DNA of 64,000 nt from Camelus ferus. Taxonomy: Eukaryota. A model generated the notes under the pieces. It worked only from the letters and a program-made list of their open reading frames with translations, was not told where the DNA came from and did not search any database. The stretch covers positions 4,776,001 through 4,840,000 of the forward strand of contig NC_045698.1 of NCBI RefSeq assembly GCF_009834535.1, read 5' to 3'. The position numbers were made by a program, and so were the translations under genes. Below, piece after piece: positions 23,921 to 36,978 of this stretch; the first letter of the stretch is position 1; the number at the start of each line of letters is the position of its first letter.

Positions 23921-25861
23921 TGAAAAGACATGTTATGAATCTTCATGTTTCTTAAGTCTCACCAAGTAGTCACAGTGTTGGGAGACAGTGAAACCTTAGC
24001 TATATTGTATATAGTTATATAGCTGCCACATATTTTTTTCAATTTTTGGTGTTTCTGTTCAGACTAACACTGTCACAGTCTTTACCTTTTGTAGAATGCT
24101 TTGCCCACTTATACTTCCAAACCCTGGGCCCATTTGCCAGAGTTGCTGATGACACTCTGCAATCATTTGACATCTCAGGCCTCCGGGGAACAGCAGACAC
24201 ATGTGAAGAATTCTGCATCCCAGCGGCAGGTCCCTCCACTCGGTAACAAAGCAGGGAAGACTGAATTAGCTGTCTGTGATGGAGATCGTTAAAAAAGACG
24301 GGAAGCAGTCAGGAGAATAATTAAAGTCTGCCAAAAAGAGCGTCTAGTAATGGTGGTTTACAACTTTCTCCTCCAAAGAAAGCTTCTTTCAAACTACAGA
24401 CAATGTATGGAAGCTCAGTTTGGGTTAATTTCCCCATGCTTGCCTTCAGCTCCTGATCTGCAATACATTCATGAGCAGCAGAACACAGTAAATGATGATT
24501 CTTAGTTTCCAAGGGTATAGTCAACTTTTCCCTGTTCTAAAACAGGCACACAGCGCCTCGTTTCCACCTCTCCTGATGTCTCACTGTTGCACAGCAATGC
24601 ATCGCGTACCGTATGAAACACCTTATGCCGGGTTACAGGGAAACAGAAAGTGACAATAACAGTACTTCAGAGATGATGGGTGACTCCCCAGAGAAGACGG
24701 GAGCCTAGGCGTGGGGTGAATATGAATGGAAACTCGGGGTGTATTTACTGCAAGCAATAGAGGAAAAACAATAGTCACCGTGGGAAGGAAATGCTAAAAA
24801 CAAGGATCAAGAAACACAGACTGACTCATAATAAGCATGCATGGGGTGAGAGCGGGCATGTGTTCAGAAAAAACACTGCAGGGGAGCCGAGGCTGCCTGG
24901 TTAAATGGTCTCCAAACTCCTCTCTCTGAGGACTGCCTCAAACTAAAAATATCACGTGTTCACCCAGACTGAGGCATTTCTCACCAAATCTTGGAGTTTT
25001 ACTCAGGTGTGTGGCCGTTTGCGGCTTCATATTTTCAACATGTGTAATTTTGCCTTTTCCAGAACACATTCATGAGCCAAAGGGTAAAACCATACTTTCC
25101 ATCACATAGAGCTACTTGGGCTTCTTGCCTTCCTCTTGCTTCCAAACAGGGCGTCACCCCTCTGACAAGTGGCGACGAGTATTGTCGTGGTCCCCTTCTG
25201 TGCCTGACCTGATGGGCGGGGGCAGTAACACCGGCAGGGGTTTCCGGGGTTTGACCCTGAAGGTCCCGACACCCTCAGGCTCCGCCTCAGCTGTAATTGG
25301 CATATTTACAGGAACCGTCCCAGCCTGCTACCATCCAGAGGGAGTGTGAGGGGGTGCCTCCTCGCTGTGTATGATTCCCCAGTCACCTGAACAAAATCTC
25401 AGACGCACCAAATTCATTTCTTAGCCTGGATGAGAAGGAAAGAGAGAGCCCTGCCCAGCCACCTTTCTGCTTTGGGAGTCGCTGCTGAATTGCTTTCTCA
25501 GGCTCCTGTTCTGCCGTCATCTGTCATCCGTCACTGCTGGGCGCGCGCCAGGCACTGGCCACTGACCTGGGCACGAGAGAGGAGGTGTAGGCCCTCAAAT
25601 AACAGGCTGCAGACACCAGGTAGGACCAAGAACTATCACGAACAGCACAGCGGTTTTGCGCAGATGAATGCGGGAAGGTGGGCACAGAATGGGGCGGGGC
25701 TGGCATCCGAGGGGAGACTCTGCGGTGTCTACAGGGACAAGACGGAGGGCATACAGCCTCTCCGCTGAAAAACTCCCCATCTATGGGGACATTCAAGAGT
25801 CCACGCGTGCTTACCACACCGCCAGGAACAGGCTGAGAGAGAAGCGAGCACACTCGAGGCC

Positions 25862-26008
25862 CTGCCTCAGTTCCTGGGGCTGCTGTACCCACCACCACTG
25901 GCTGCATGGCGTAACGGCAGAAATTATTTTCACACCGTTCGGGGGTCTTGAAGTCCTAGATCAAGGTGTCCGCAGGGGTGATTCCTTCCGAGGCCTCTTT
26001 CCTTGGTG
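25862..26008 (-). mobile_element. MLT1 LTR fragment
   Basis: GGGCTGCTGTA...GCAGAAATTATTTTCACA...GAAGTCC.AGATCAAGGTGTC. Confidence 0.7.
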
Positions 26009-28408
26009 CATATTCAAAGATATTCCGTTTATCTTTTGCATTATTTATAGTATGTAATTTTTTAAATTGTGAAATATTTAATCATAGAAAACAATGATGA
26101 ATGATTAGCAAACAATTTTCTACACATTTATAAGGCAGAAGTTTTACATTTTTATGATGTCAAATTTATTACTCTGGCTTGTATATTTGCTTTTCTTTAA
26201 AAAAATTTTTATTGAAGGGCTTTTCATGAAATCTGCAGTCTTCTGTAACAGCTAGTTGAAGAACAAGTCAAGTTAAGGGGTGTCCCTGTGCATCACTTGA
26301 CAAATAGCTATGGTGCAGAGACGCAAAAGAGGAGAGACTTCCGGCAGAGAGTGCCTGTGTGCTGAAAGGGAAGCTGCATTCCTTTCCCCCTTCTGTGACC
26401 CTCAGGAGACTCTCAATTTCCCTTCCTTTGGTTGGAGTCCCACCAATGGGACAAGGATGGCCATGATGTAGACACTCCTGGCCTGGCCATGAGGCCACTC
26501 ACACGACTCTCTATGATCTCCTTTCCTTGGGTGCTGAGCATGACAAGCTCCTGTGGAAGATGCGGGCGTCACAGGAGGAAGCAGCCGGGGCCAGTGATTG
26601 TAATCATGACATGAGAGAAACCCTCCCAAAGCCAGTGGATGTGCACATAAGAGAGAACTAAGATCTGGAGGGACATTTGTTTTAGCATCCAGCATTGATC
26701 ACCCTGACTAATACAACCCAACAGAACTTTTGAAAAAGTCACATTTTTAAAATAGAAATTTCAGGGCAGGGCTATATCCTTAAATTTCATGCATAAGATG
26801 TAATAGCTGAATGCCAGGAAAAAAAAAAACTGCCCAGAGTCACACAGTTTTGGATGGGGGGCGGTGGGAACTCAATGATTTAGGGTCAACGTACCGTCCG
26901 AATGACCAGGAATCAAAGGTAAAGAGTGACTCAGCATCTCTCTAGGTTAGAAACATATTTTAAGACAAAACACACTCTGACCTGTATATCTCTTTCCTCC
27001 TCACCTTCTCTAAGGCTACTGTAGAAAAAAAATAATACTTTCATCTACGTCTCTCCTTTCCACTCAGTTCTGAAGCTTATTAGAACCATTAAGCATTTCC
27101 ACTCAGCATTTGGCTATGTTTTTGAGTGTTTGAAAGTGTGTGTGTGAGTGTGTGTGTATGAAGGATGTGGGGGTGGTGCTGGGGAGGACTGCACTCAAAA
27201 TGAGTGGGAAAAGCTTCTTTTAGTTGTAGGAAGGGGTGGGGGGTGATTTTTGTACATGGGTGGATGGCACTGTCCTGGAACGAGAACCTTTATTGAATGG
27301 CTTTTCGGAGAAGGGAAGCTGGAACAGACGAAAGGAATATGGATTCAACATGCAATGGCCTCTTGCCCAGGGGAATTCATATCAAAAATATCATGCAATT
27401 TACCTACATAAGTCAATGGAACAAAAAGTTGGCAGCCAGCTCTAAACGGGCTGGATTCCTCTCTTCCATGCTGCCTTTTTTACGTCTTTGAGTAGGAAAA
27501 GAAAGGAGGCTTGGTGTTAGAGGTCATGACGACATTTCTGAGATTGTACAGGCATGTCGCTTTCTTTCCACCTGCTTCCGTCCACTGTCCTCCCTGACTT
27601 TCAGGCCTGACAACTACCTTTGACATCCTTCAACAGCGACCCACATACCCAAGCAGAAAAAGTTCAGCACCTGTGTTCCATTGCATATATTTGCACCATG
27701 AAGTATCATTATTTCTATCATGAGACTTAGAAAATGTATCATTCACAGAAAGCCTCAGGGCAGAGAAAAATAAAAATCTCTAATTAAAATATGTACAAGA
27801 GAAGCTGTACATATTCCAGCTGCTCAGGGAGCAGAGACATGTCCCCCTCATCGCGTGCCGTAACGAGACAGATGTCAGCTGGGCCACGTCCATCAAAGGT
27901 CAGACTCTAGGGGTCATTTCATCTCATTCGAGATGATGAATTAAACACAACTTTGAATTTGGTGTGTGAAGCTTGTAAACGATTCCGTGGGGTCACGTTG
28001 TCAGAACATACGGAAATGTTTCGATAGAACGTCATTTTTTTTCTATCTGATTTAGTACTTGAAATTCAAGGAACAATAAAAGGAGTTATTTTGGTAACTT
28101 TAGTGTTGTCCCTCTAATGTGAGCCTCAGGGATATTTCATCGGGAAAGGAGGCTCAGCAGAGATATTCATAACGAAATGATGGAAATGCCGGGGTAGTAG
28201 AGGCCGGGTCAGAAAGGGTAAATGGACGGCGTCCCAACCTCTCCTGCTTCGTAGCAAATGGTCAGCAATGTAGTGTCTTGTTCCTTAGTTCCTTCTGGAG
28301 AGACTGTCGGAGTGGGAACTGCTTAGTTTCTGTCACCTCCAGTAGGCAAGACAAACTCGGAATAGCTCACTGTGCCCGCACTATGTGTGTGCATTACTTT
28401 TGTCACAG

Positions 28409-28530
28409 CAGTGCCTCTCAGGCGTGGGTACAATCGCGTGGCGTCCTTGTCAAAGTGCGGGGTCTGATGCGGTGGCCTGGGTGGCCTTGGATTCTGCTCT
28501 CAGGTGGCACTGCTGATCTGAAGACCAGAC
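28409..28530. mobile_element. MER5A-like fragment
   Basis: Degenerate CTTGTCAAAGTGC...TCTGA...CTCAGGTG...GCTGATCTG..GACCA pattern. Confidence 0.45.
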
Positions 28531-29017
28531 TACGATCTCCTTGACCCCCAAGTCATAGGCAGCATGTAGGTGTGCATGCAGGTGTATTTTTCAGGACAGG
28601 TAGCGTTGACTGTCCTCACAGTCTCTAAGAGGGTCCACTACCTGAAGAGGTCACGAACTGTCATAGAGGGAACGCAGGAGGGAGGTGCGCTGGGGTCTGA
28701 CCCGGAGAAAGTGGCCATGCCCAGCAGCCTCTTGTGTGTTCCCATGAGAAGAGCCCAGTGAGTGCGGGTAAGACAGAAAACACGCTCAGTGATGAAGTTT
28801 GGAAGAAGAAGGCACATCAGCCTTCAGCGAGCTACTGCAAAGTCTGAAGGTGAAGCAGAAGTCTGTGGGAAGGAGTGACCTTCCTTCCTGTGGGAAGCAC
28901 GTGGCTCCTAGTGAAACAGGCCCGGGTGCTGGCTACACTGGTGGTCACCAGGCCTGGCTGCGGAGTGGACTCATTCTACACCCGCCCTTAGGCTGCTCCC
29001 TAAAGACCCTGGGTGGG

Positions 29018-29377
29018 TGTGTTCATCAGCTCTGGCTGCCAGAACAGACTGCTGTAGTTGGGTGACCTGAACAGTAGATATTTATTTCCTCAGTTGTGGA
29101 GGCTGGAAGTCTCAGATCAGCATAGTTGGGTTCTGATGAGGGCCCTCTTCCTGACTTAGAGATGGGCTGCCTTCCCACTGTATCCTCACATGGGATGGAG
29201 GAGAGACACAGAGAGAGAGAGAGAGAGGAGAATCTCTTCCTATAGAGCCGACAATCCTATTGGATTAGGGCCTCATCTTTATGACCCCATTTACCCTTAA
29301 TTACCTCCTGAAAGCCCCATCTGCAAAGACCATCATTTTCAATATATGAATTTGGGGGCACAATTCAGTCCACAGCA
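29018..29377 (-). mobile_element. MLT1A-type MaLR solo LTR
   Basis: TGT...CA termini; GGAGGCTGGAAGTC, ATGAATTTGGGGG motifs; perfect 5-bp TSD GTGGG at 29013-29017 and 29378-29382. Confidence 0.92.
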
Positions 29378-30999
29378 GTGGGAATGCCCAGAGCGGGGCA
29401 TTTGCCTTTCAGAGAGCCATGGCTTATATCCTTGCATGGTCCAGGTTGAGAGCCAGACCTCTGGATGAGGACAACAGGTGAAGAAAACAGTTGCACCTGA
29501 GAACAGAAATGCCATCAAAAACTGACAGGTGTCAGTCAGACTGAGGAATGCACTGTCTGGCTGCTACTGGGATGGTCTTTTGGGGGCCGTGGACCCCAGA
29601 GTACACATCTAGTGGGAGTATTGGGTTTTTACTGTCAATCAGCTGAATAGAGGTTCCTCCAGGGGGATGAATGGGGATTCAAGAGGGCAGCACTTAAGCT
29701 AGGAGAGAGAAAAGTTATTCTCCAGAGCCAGGGATCTTGTTCCTGGATTCTAAGGCAAGGAGAAGGTTGGAGGATTCCACGTGGTGGTGATAAAAGCACA
29801 TGGTAAACCCTCTCTTCCCATGAGAGCCCGTCTCACAAACAGTTTGGAATTGAGTCCAAGGTCAGGTTTGTCCAGGCATCCCAGAGTCGCCACCTCTTGT
29901 AGGAAGAGGCTTAGCTCTCAGCTTTTGTCCCCTCCCTCATCCAGGATCAGCACAATCTTGTGAAATAAATGTGTTTGCAGCAGAGCAAAAGTTTCATGAA
30001 GGGCAGCAGGAGGGACCTGCTGGCACGATGAGGAAACTGAACCAGGAACAGCCTGACTGCCTGCTGCTGGGCACGTGTGGGACTCTCCACAGGGGAGACT
30101 GCTTTGAAATAGCAGGTGAGGGAACATGGAAGGGAAATGATTCTCAGCAATCAGTGCGCCAGGGTCTCAGGCTGTCAGGATTCTAGGCTTTAAAAATAGC
30201 TGTGACCAGGATCCTCGGGAGGAAACAGATCAGGAGGAACAGAGACGCTTCTCGCCTAGTCGGAGTGAAGTGGTTTAAATTAGGAAAGAGATTTTGGAGA
30301 TGAAAAGGGGATAATTTCTTCACCTAGTGCGTCAGCTTTAGGGAAAAGGGGTCCCACATTCTGAGACCCAAGAAAGGCCAGAATTGTCCGTTTATAACTA
30401 GGAAGCAAATGCAGAGAAAGATGTGTCCACCTCTCCAGACTTTCCAGCTCTGCAGCCAACATCCCACATCTGCTTAAAAAAATGGCAGAAGGAAGGAAAG
30501 AAACCTGAGGGGCTTGACCGGAGCATTCTGAGTTAACACTTTATTCACAAAAGAGCCAAGTCAGGAGAAACTTTGTAGAGAAGCTGGCTCAACCCTGATA
30601 TTTCGGATGAAAAAATTGGGGGAAAGAGTTGAAGCAATTTCTCCAAGACCTCTGCAGATCAGAGGTGGATCCAGGACTTCACATGAGACCTCCAGAATTC
30701 TGAATGTTCCAGGACTCTCATATATTAGTAGGATAAGAAATCTCAGTTCAATGATCTTGTCCTCTTTTATGATTTGGTGTTTTATCTCTCCGAGAGCCGC
30801 TGTATTTGCCTACTAAGTTCTATTGAGTCAAAGTCCAAAATATTATCTTCCTGCTTTGAACTCAACTCCTTCCCCTTTCCACCATGCACTGCTCCCTCTT
30901 TCTCCAATATTTTCAAAATTTTCAAACTTTCCTTACTACCTAATATTTTCCCTAAATATTTTAATGTAGCTAAGGTCCAAATATCATTTAAAATTCCTT

Positions 31000-31850
31000 C
31001 CTTGTGCAAAAGTATCCTTCTGGGATGACATGACCTCTTTCTCTGCAGTCAAGCTCCTAGAACAGTCTACACTCATTACCTCTGTTTTGATCACGTCCTT
31101 TCACTCTCCGCCCACTCCTTACTAGACTTTGTCCCTATCCCTGCACTGACATCACACTCTTCAAGTCACCATAGCCTTCTTTTGGCTAAACCGAGTCCCC
31201 CGTTATAGTCCCCATCTATCTTGATGTCTCGGTAGAGTTAGATGGGCATAACTGGTCCCTTCTCCTTGAGCCTCCTTCCTTGGCATCCATGATGCCCCTA
31301 CTGGGTTTTCTTCCCCCTCTTGGACTTGTCTGTTACTCTCCTTGCTCTGGAAGTATCTTCTCCCATCCATCTCAAGCAGTCTTGTTTCAATCACCATTAG
31401 TTACTTCGTTTCTAAGAAATCTCTCCCTGAATTGGGATCTCTCCTCTGGGTTCCTGAGTTGATATTCAGCTGTTTATGATGCATTTCTACGTGGATGTCC
31501 TGATGACTTTTCCTTGTACACCTGTCCAGCCTCAACATCACCAGCTCCACCCTCAACATTGCCCAGGATGAACCTGCTGTTCTTCTAGGTTTCCTTGAGC
31601 AATCAAGAAAAAAGGCTGGGCTCTTTTCCTTGAGTTCTCTTATACCCTGCAAGCAATAGCCAAATCTTACTGATCTATGTCCTATGTATTCCTCTGGCAG
31701 AATGTATTTTCTGCTCTCATAACATACATTGCCCTGTATTTAATTTTCTGTTTAGTTCGTCATCTGAATTTCACTGCTGCCTGTGAACAAGTTCTGTCCT
31801 GATCACTCAGTGCCCAGTGTACAGCGGACACTCAGGAAAAAGTTAAAAAA
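31000..31850 (+). mobile_element. L2 fragment
   Basis: CACTCTTCAAGTCACCA, CTCCTTCCTTGGC.TCCATGA, CATTTCTACGTGGATGTCC, CAGTGCCCAG. Confidence 0.75.
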
Positions 31851-33099
31851 AAACAGTTAATGCTTTTTATTGTTTCTTATAAACCCTGACAGCAACTATC
31901 TCAAAGAAAGTCAGCAAGACAAAAATAAGCCTGGCAGAATCTCCAGGGGCTAGGCGAGATATAAAATCACCTGTCAGTTTGCATCCCAGGAGGCTGTTTG
32001 GTTTTCCTTTCCATGCTGAGGTGTGGATTAGACCTTGTTGCAAGTAGGTTGCTTATTAAAGGCGTTGCTCACTTTATTGAATCACTCCTCTTTGCTGACA
32101 CTGAGCCAAACTCACAGGCTCCCCGACGGGCAGCAGATGGGGTGCATCTGAAAGCTACCGGTGACGGATCAGAGCACTTCTTCTTGGCACTTTCATGGAA
32201 TTGTGGTCAGTAGCCCATCCGATGCAGCCATCTTTCCACTGGTGTCATAGCGACAGTGGGTGAATGAATTCCAACTGCCCTGTGTTAGGTTCTTCTTAAT
32301 GGGGGTGCGGGGTACAGATGCCGCAACAGACACTGAGCAATGGGAAAGGCGCTGTGCTAGGCGCTTTGTGGGGGGAAAGGGAAGATGTGGGAAGCAAGTG
32401 GCGGGAGTGGTATTTGAGCTCAAGTCACTCACAGCCTGACAGGGAGGCAGGGGGCTTACGGGAAGACAGACATCATTTATCACACAGTGTGTGGCACCGA
32501 TCATGAAATCTAATTCACACAGAGTTCTACACATTCATGGCTGGGGAAATTACCTACTGCAGCACATTTGAGAGAGTCCTCCAAGAAAGTAAAATGTTTT
32601 GTGGTTCTTGAAGTGGAGTTGGACTTCCTTGTATGACTACATGGGGAGGGTGTGATCATCACGGGCAGAGATGACAAAAATCACAGGTATAGGAAAGTCT
32701 GGTGCCGGAACATGAGAGAATTAGAATTCAAAGTATTGTGACCAAGTCATGAAAGACACAGTGGACAAGGATGGAGGGTCTTGCGTGTAGCCTGAGAAGT
32801 CAGCTGCAGGAAATAAACCTCTCGAAAGCTGATGTTTTATCTGAAAATGTCTACTCTGTAATATACCTGTCTCGATTTTAAAATTTAAAAAAATATTTTC
32901 TATTAATTTTGTTGACTAAAATAGGTACATCAGGAAGATTCTGGGGGGGGGCATCCTGTGGTGCTGAGTGCTCCAGGGCACCTTGCCCGTGTACACGTGG
33001 GTGAGAGTCCCCAGCTTGAGAAACATATTTTATTGGCATCAAATTCATCTGTGAAGTTTATCACATGCCGCAAACTACTGACTTTGCAAATGTTAACTC

Positions 33100-33245
33100 A
33101 TTTAAAGCTCAAAACCAACGTAAGCAGGAGGCGCTATCATTGCTCTCATTGAAGAAAAGGCAGCCAAGGCTCAGGGAGGATGAAGTGCTTGCCCAAGACC
33201 TTGCTTCTGAGAGAGAAAGGGGTACCAGGGGTTCAAACCTGAGCA
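33100..33245 (-). mobile_element. MIR fragment
   Basis: AAGGCTCAGGGAGGATGAAGTGCTTGCCCAAGACC...GGTTCAAACC. Confidence 0.7.
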
Positions 33246-33420
33246 AGTGAGCCCCAGGGGCTGGGCTCTGACCGCTAGCTAGAAAGCCTCTACTCACATT
33301 ACAGAGAACTTTGAACTTTCTTTTGGAAATTAAAATGAGCCAGAAAGCTAGACTAATGCATATTAAATGAGTCCAAATGTGTCAAAGAATATTTTTCCCT
33401 TATAAATATTTCTACATATT

Positions 33421-33502
33421 TGCATGTGTGTACACACGTGTGGTATGTGTGTGTACACATGTGGCGTGTGTGTACACATGTGGCATGTGTGTGTACACAC
33501 AT
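33421..33502. repeat. Alternating purine-pyrimidine minisatellite, about 20-bp unit x4
   Basis: Four copies of TGTGTACACA embedded in (TG/CA) runs. Confidence 0.9.
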
Positions 33503-33702
33503 AAATTCCAGTTTTAAATGAGTTGACTATATCAGTACTTCTGATTTTCATTCCAAATGTGTTACATTAATTTTGACTGTAACCACTACCTGACCAGAAT
33601 GTTTTGGGGCAAGCAGTTGGCTGCAAATGCAAGAAGTGCACCTGGTAACTTAATTCTCCAAGTGCGAAAGCGATGCAGGGTGCATCTACGCGCACAGATG
33701 TG

Positions 33703-33950
33703 GAAGGAATAAACTGGAAGTTTGAGATTTGCAGGTACTAACTAATGCATGAAAAACAGATAAACAACAAGTTTACGCTGTACAGCACAGGGAACCATAT
33801 TCAATACCTTGTAGTAACTTATGGCGAAAGAGAATATGAAAGTGAACACATGTCTGTGCCTGTATGACTGAAGCGCTGGGCTGTGTAACAGAAATCGATG
33901 CAACATTGTAAACTGACTACACTTCAATAAAATACATAAAATAAAAAAAA
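33703..33950 (+). mobile_element. Young L1 3' fragment
   Basis: TGTACAGCACAGGGAACCATATTCAATACCTTGTAG; AATAAA plus A-tail; TSD AGATGTG at 33696-33702 and 33951-33957. Confidence 0.9.
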
Positions 33951-34544
33951 AGATGTGTCATGGGATGCTAAACCCTGAGGGTCTTTGGTGTAGACGACTG
34001 CCAGAGGTGACCTACAGGCCACACACACAGCCCTTGATGGGGGATAAGACACACTCCCACTTTGATTTGCCTGGGGAAGATGTCAGCAGATGGAATGAGG
34101 TCTTCACAGTCTGGTCTTTTGTTGTACAAGGATCTTGAGATGCTCAGATATTCCAGCCTCTAAATTTTTCTAGATATAAAACCAGACAAGAATGCTGTTG
34201 ACGACCCATGACAGTCCAACATGGTTTCTGACCAGGAAGGTGGACTTCAGATTTCAGATTATAAACCTCTTAATCTCCCTGTGATAAGTTACTCCCCTAT
34301 TGAATGGAGCCTGATAATCAGAAACGCTCCGGCCACTACCTGCCGTTCAGAACAGGCAGTACAAACAGGAAGCACATGCGTGAAGAAACAGGTCATCCAA
34401 GGATGGGCTCAGCCTTCAAATTATTTTGTTTAAAATATATCCTGTTACTGTTACCAGACAGGTCATCACGATTGTCTATTAAGTGCCCTTGAGGTGCTGG
34501 TTCTGAATCACCAGTAGGCAGTGAACATAGCGTTCACTGAGTTA

Positions 34545-35030
34545 TTTATTTATTTCTTCATGCCACATGTATTTGTCAGTACTCTCTGTCTCAGGCACTG
34601 TTCTGGTTGCTGAAACATGGGAGGGGAATAAGGAAATCTAGTGGAACTTCGACTCTAGGCCGAGGAGAGGAGCAGGGCACAATCATAATTACAGGACTGA
34701 AAATAAATGGGTACTATGTTCGCCCTTTGTGGTCAAGGACATGAAGACAGTATCCAAGGAGAGATGAGAAGGAGCGACTGGAGCTGGCTGAGGGCGGCCT
34801 GAGTAGAGCAGACAGGGAAGGCCTCTGCAAGGTGAGATGAAAGGTGAGTTCCACAGGATGAGACAAAGAGTATGGAAAAAGGATTCCAAGCAGAGGGTAC
34901 AACACATAACAAGGTTTTGTGATGGGAAAAGGCTGGACTTCTTTGACTAATAGAAAGGAGGCAGAGGGACATCCGAAGGGAAGAAGGTGACAGAGTCGGC
35001 TGGAGGACAGAGATGTAGGTCCCACAGGGT
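34545..35030 (-). mobile_element. L2 3' end
   Basis: CAGGCACTGTTCTGG, GGGAAGGCCTCT, ATTCCAAGCAGAGGG. Confidence 0.75.
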
Positions 35031-36134
35031 GGCAAGGAATTGGTTCCTGGCTTTTTTCCCCCTCACACTTCTATTGATGACTTTGAAAATGGCATCAGTC
35101 CCCATGGATTCTTGTCATTATCTTTATACTCACGAATATGACTTCCTAAGTCAATTTTGTAGAAACACTTAAAAGGCCATGGGGAAAAATAACCTTGGTC
35201 ATTTTCCTAATTAAATTTTATCAGTAATTAGTCTATAAGAGGACTTCACTTTTGCCTTATTTTGCAGAACTGTTACATCCATTTTCTCTCTCCTTTGAAA
35301 ATTAAAAATTATTGATTTCAAATAAGTGGCAAAAGATTATTAAAGTCACCCAAGAGAGTGCTCCAAATTTGAGACGTGTGGCAAGAACAATCCAATTTTT
35401 CTTAACTGAGCTGGAGAAAAAGTAAAGTGCAGTTCAATATTAATTATCACCATGAAAAGGCAGAAGGCTTAAGAGGTGAACCTTGGTCTGAAGGCCAGGG
35501 TGCACAGGTGAAGGACACAGTGAGACATAAGACTCATCCATGATCACACTTAAGCTTCTAGGACATGGGAGAGGCTCCACTGGGAGACAAACCTGGGGAA
35601 AGGGCAGTAACTGACTTGGAGAGTTGAGTGTCCTTTATCTTTTCACACATTGTTGGCTCCCACTGCCAGAGCACTTAGAACTTTCAAGACGCAGGACACA
35701 CAAGGCCATTAAGCTAAATCCGTTCTCCATCACTGGCTTGGGTTCTGCTCTCAACTGGAGAGCTCGTTTGGATTGTGTGTGATCCTCAGAGACCCCCCAT
35801 CATATCCTTCCAAATTCAGGGTTAGAAGTTCGCTTGATTAATCAGATTTCCTGCTGCCCTCTCATCTAAGACTCATCCCATGTTCCCTGTGGGAGGCACC
35901 TATTTCTTTGAAACAGAAAGGGCACCACTGACACCTGACTGCTCTGGAGTCTGGAAGGCGGAAAGCAATCCAGAAGGGACAGCCCTGGTTCCCACTGCTT
36001 GCCCTGGTGAGTGCCATCCCTTGTGTGGTTTTCGTACAAGCTGCTCCATTCCATTTCACCTTTGGTACATACAACTCAGGAGTGCAGGGAAGGACAGGAA
36101 TGTGGCCACCAAAATTAATTTCATAGAAAGCAGC

Positions 36135-36300
36135 CGGGAACTCAATATTTATCGAGGCCTTACTATGTGTCAGAAAAGGCACAGAATACACTACATGGAA
36201 AATTTTACTTAATGATCAGAACTCTCTATGATATAAAACTATTACTATGCAAATTTTACATATGAGGATGTGAAGCAACTTAAGATCTTACCTGGGGCTT
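36135..36300 (-). mobile_element. MIR fragment
   Basis: AATATTTATCGAGGCCTTACTATGTGTCAG...ATTTTACATATGAGGA. Confidence 0.65.
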
Positions 36301-36604
36301 TCAACTCCATTGTTAACTATTGTGTTCTCCCTTTCTTGGGCTCAGTCAGGGAGGCATAAATCCTCAGCAGCAAAATCACAGAAGCTGAAAACTTTTGAAA
36401 TACAGAGAGGACCAAAAGAGCCTTCTTAATAGGAGAGTCATAAACCTCAGATCCTAGGGATAAATTAGGCATTATATAATTGAGACATTTGGCTTGGATT
36501 GACAAATACATGCATTTTAGAGTAGGTCGTGGTTCTCATAAACAAAGGGTTTTTTGTTCAGAATCATGGACCAAGGAATCAGAGAAGCAGGGATTTGTAA
36601 ATTA

Positions 36605-36938
36605 ATTAATTGTAACAACACTTAACATGAGATCTATCCTCTCAGCAAATTTTTGTGCACAACACAGTTGTTACCTATAGCTTATTCTTCTTAAATAACT
36701 GAAAATGTGTACCCACTGAACAGCAGTTCCCCACTTCCCTTCTCCCCCAGCTCTTGGAAACCCCATTCTACTCAGTGTTTCTATGAATTTGGCTTTTAAG
36801 ATATTTCATATAAGTCGTATTTATTCTTTGATTACTGGCTTATTTCACTTGTATAATATCCTCCGGCTTCATCTGTGTTGTCAGATGTGGCACAATTTCC
36901 TTCTTTTCTAAGGTTAACTATTATTCTACTGTATATAT

Positions 36939-36978
<40 letters not shown>

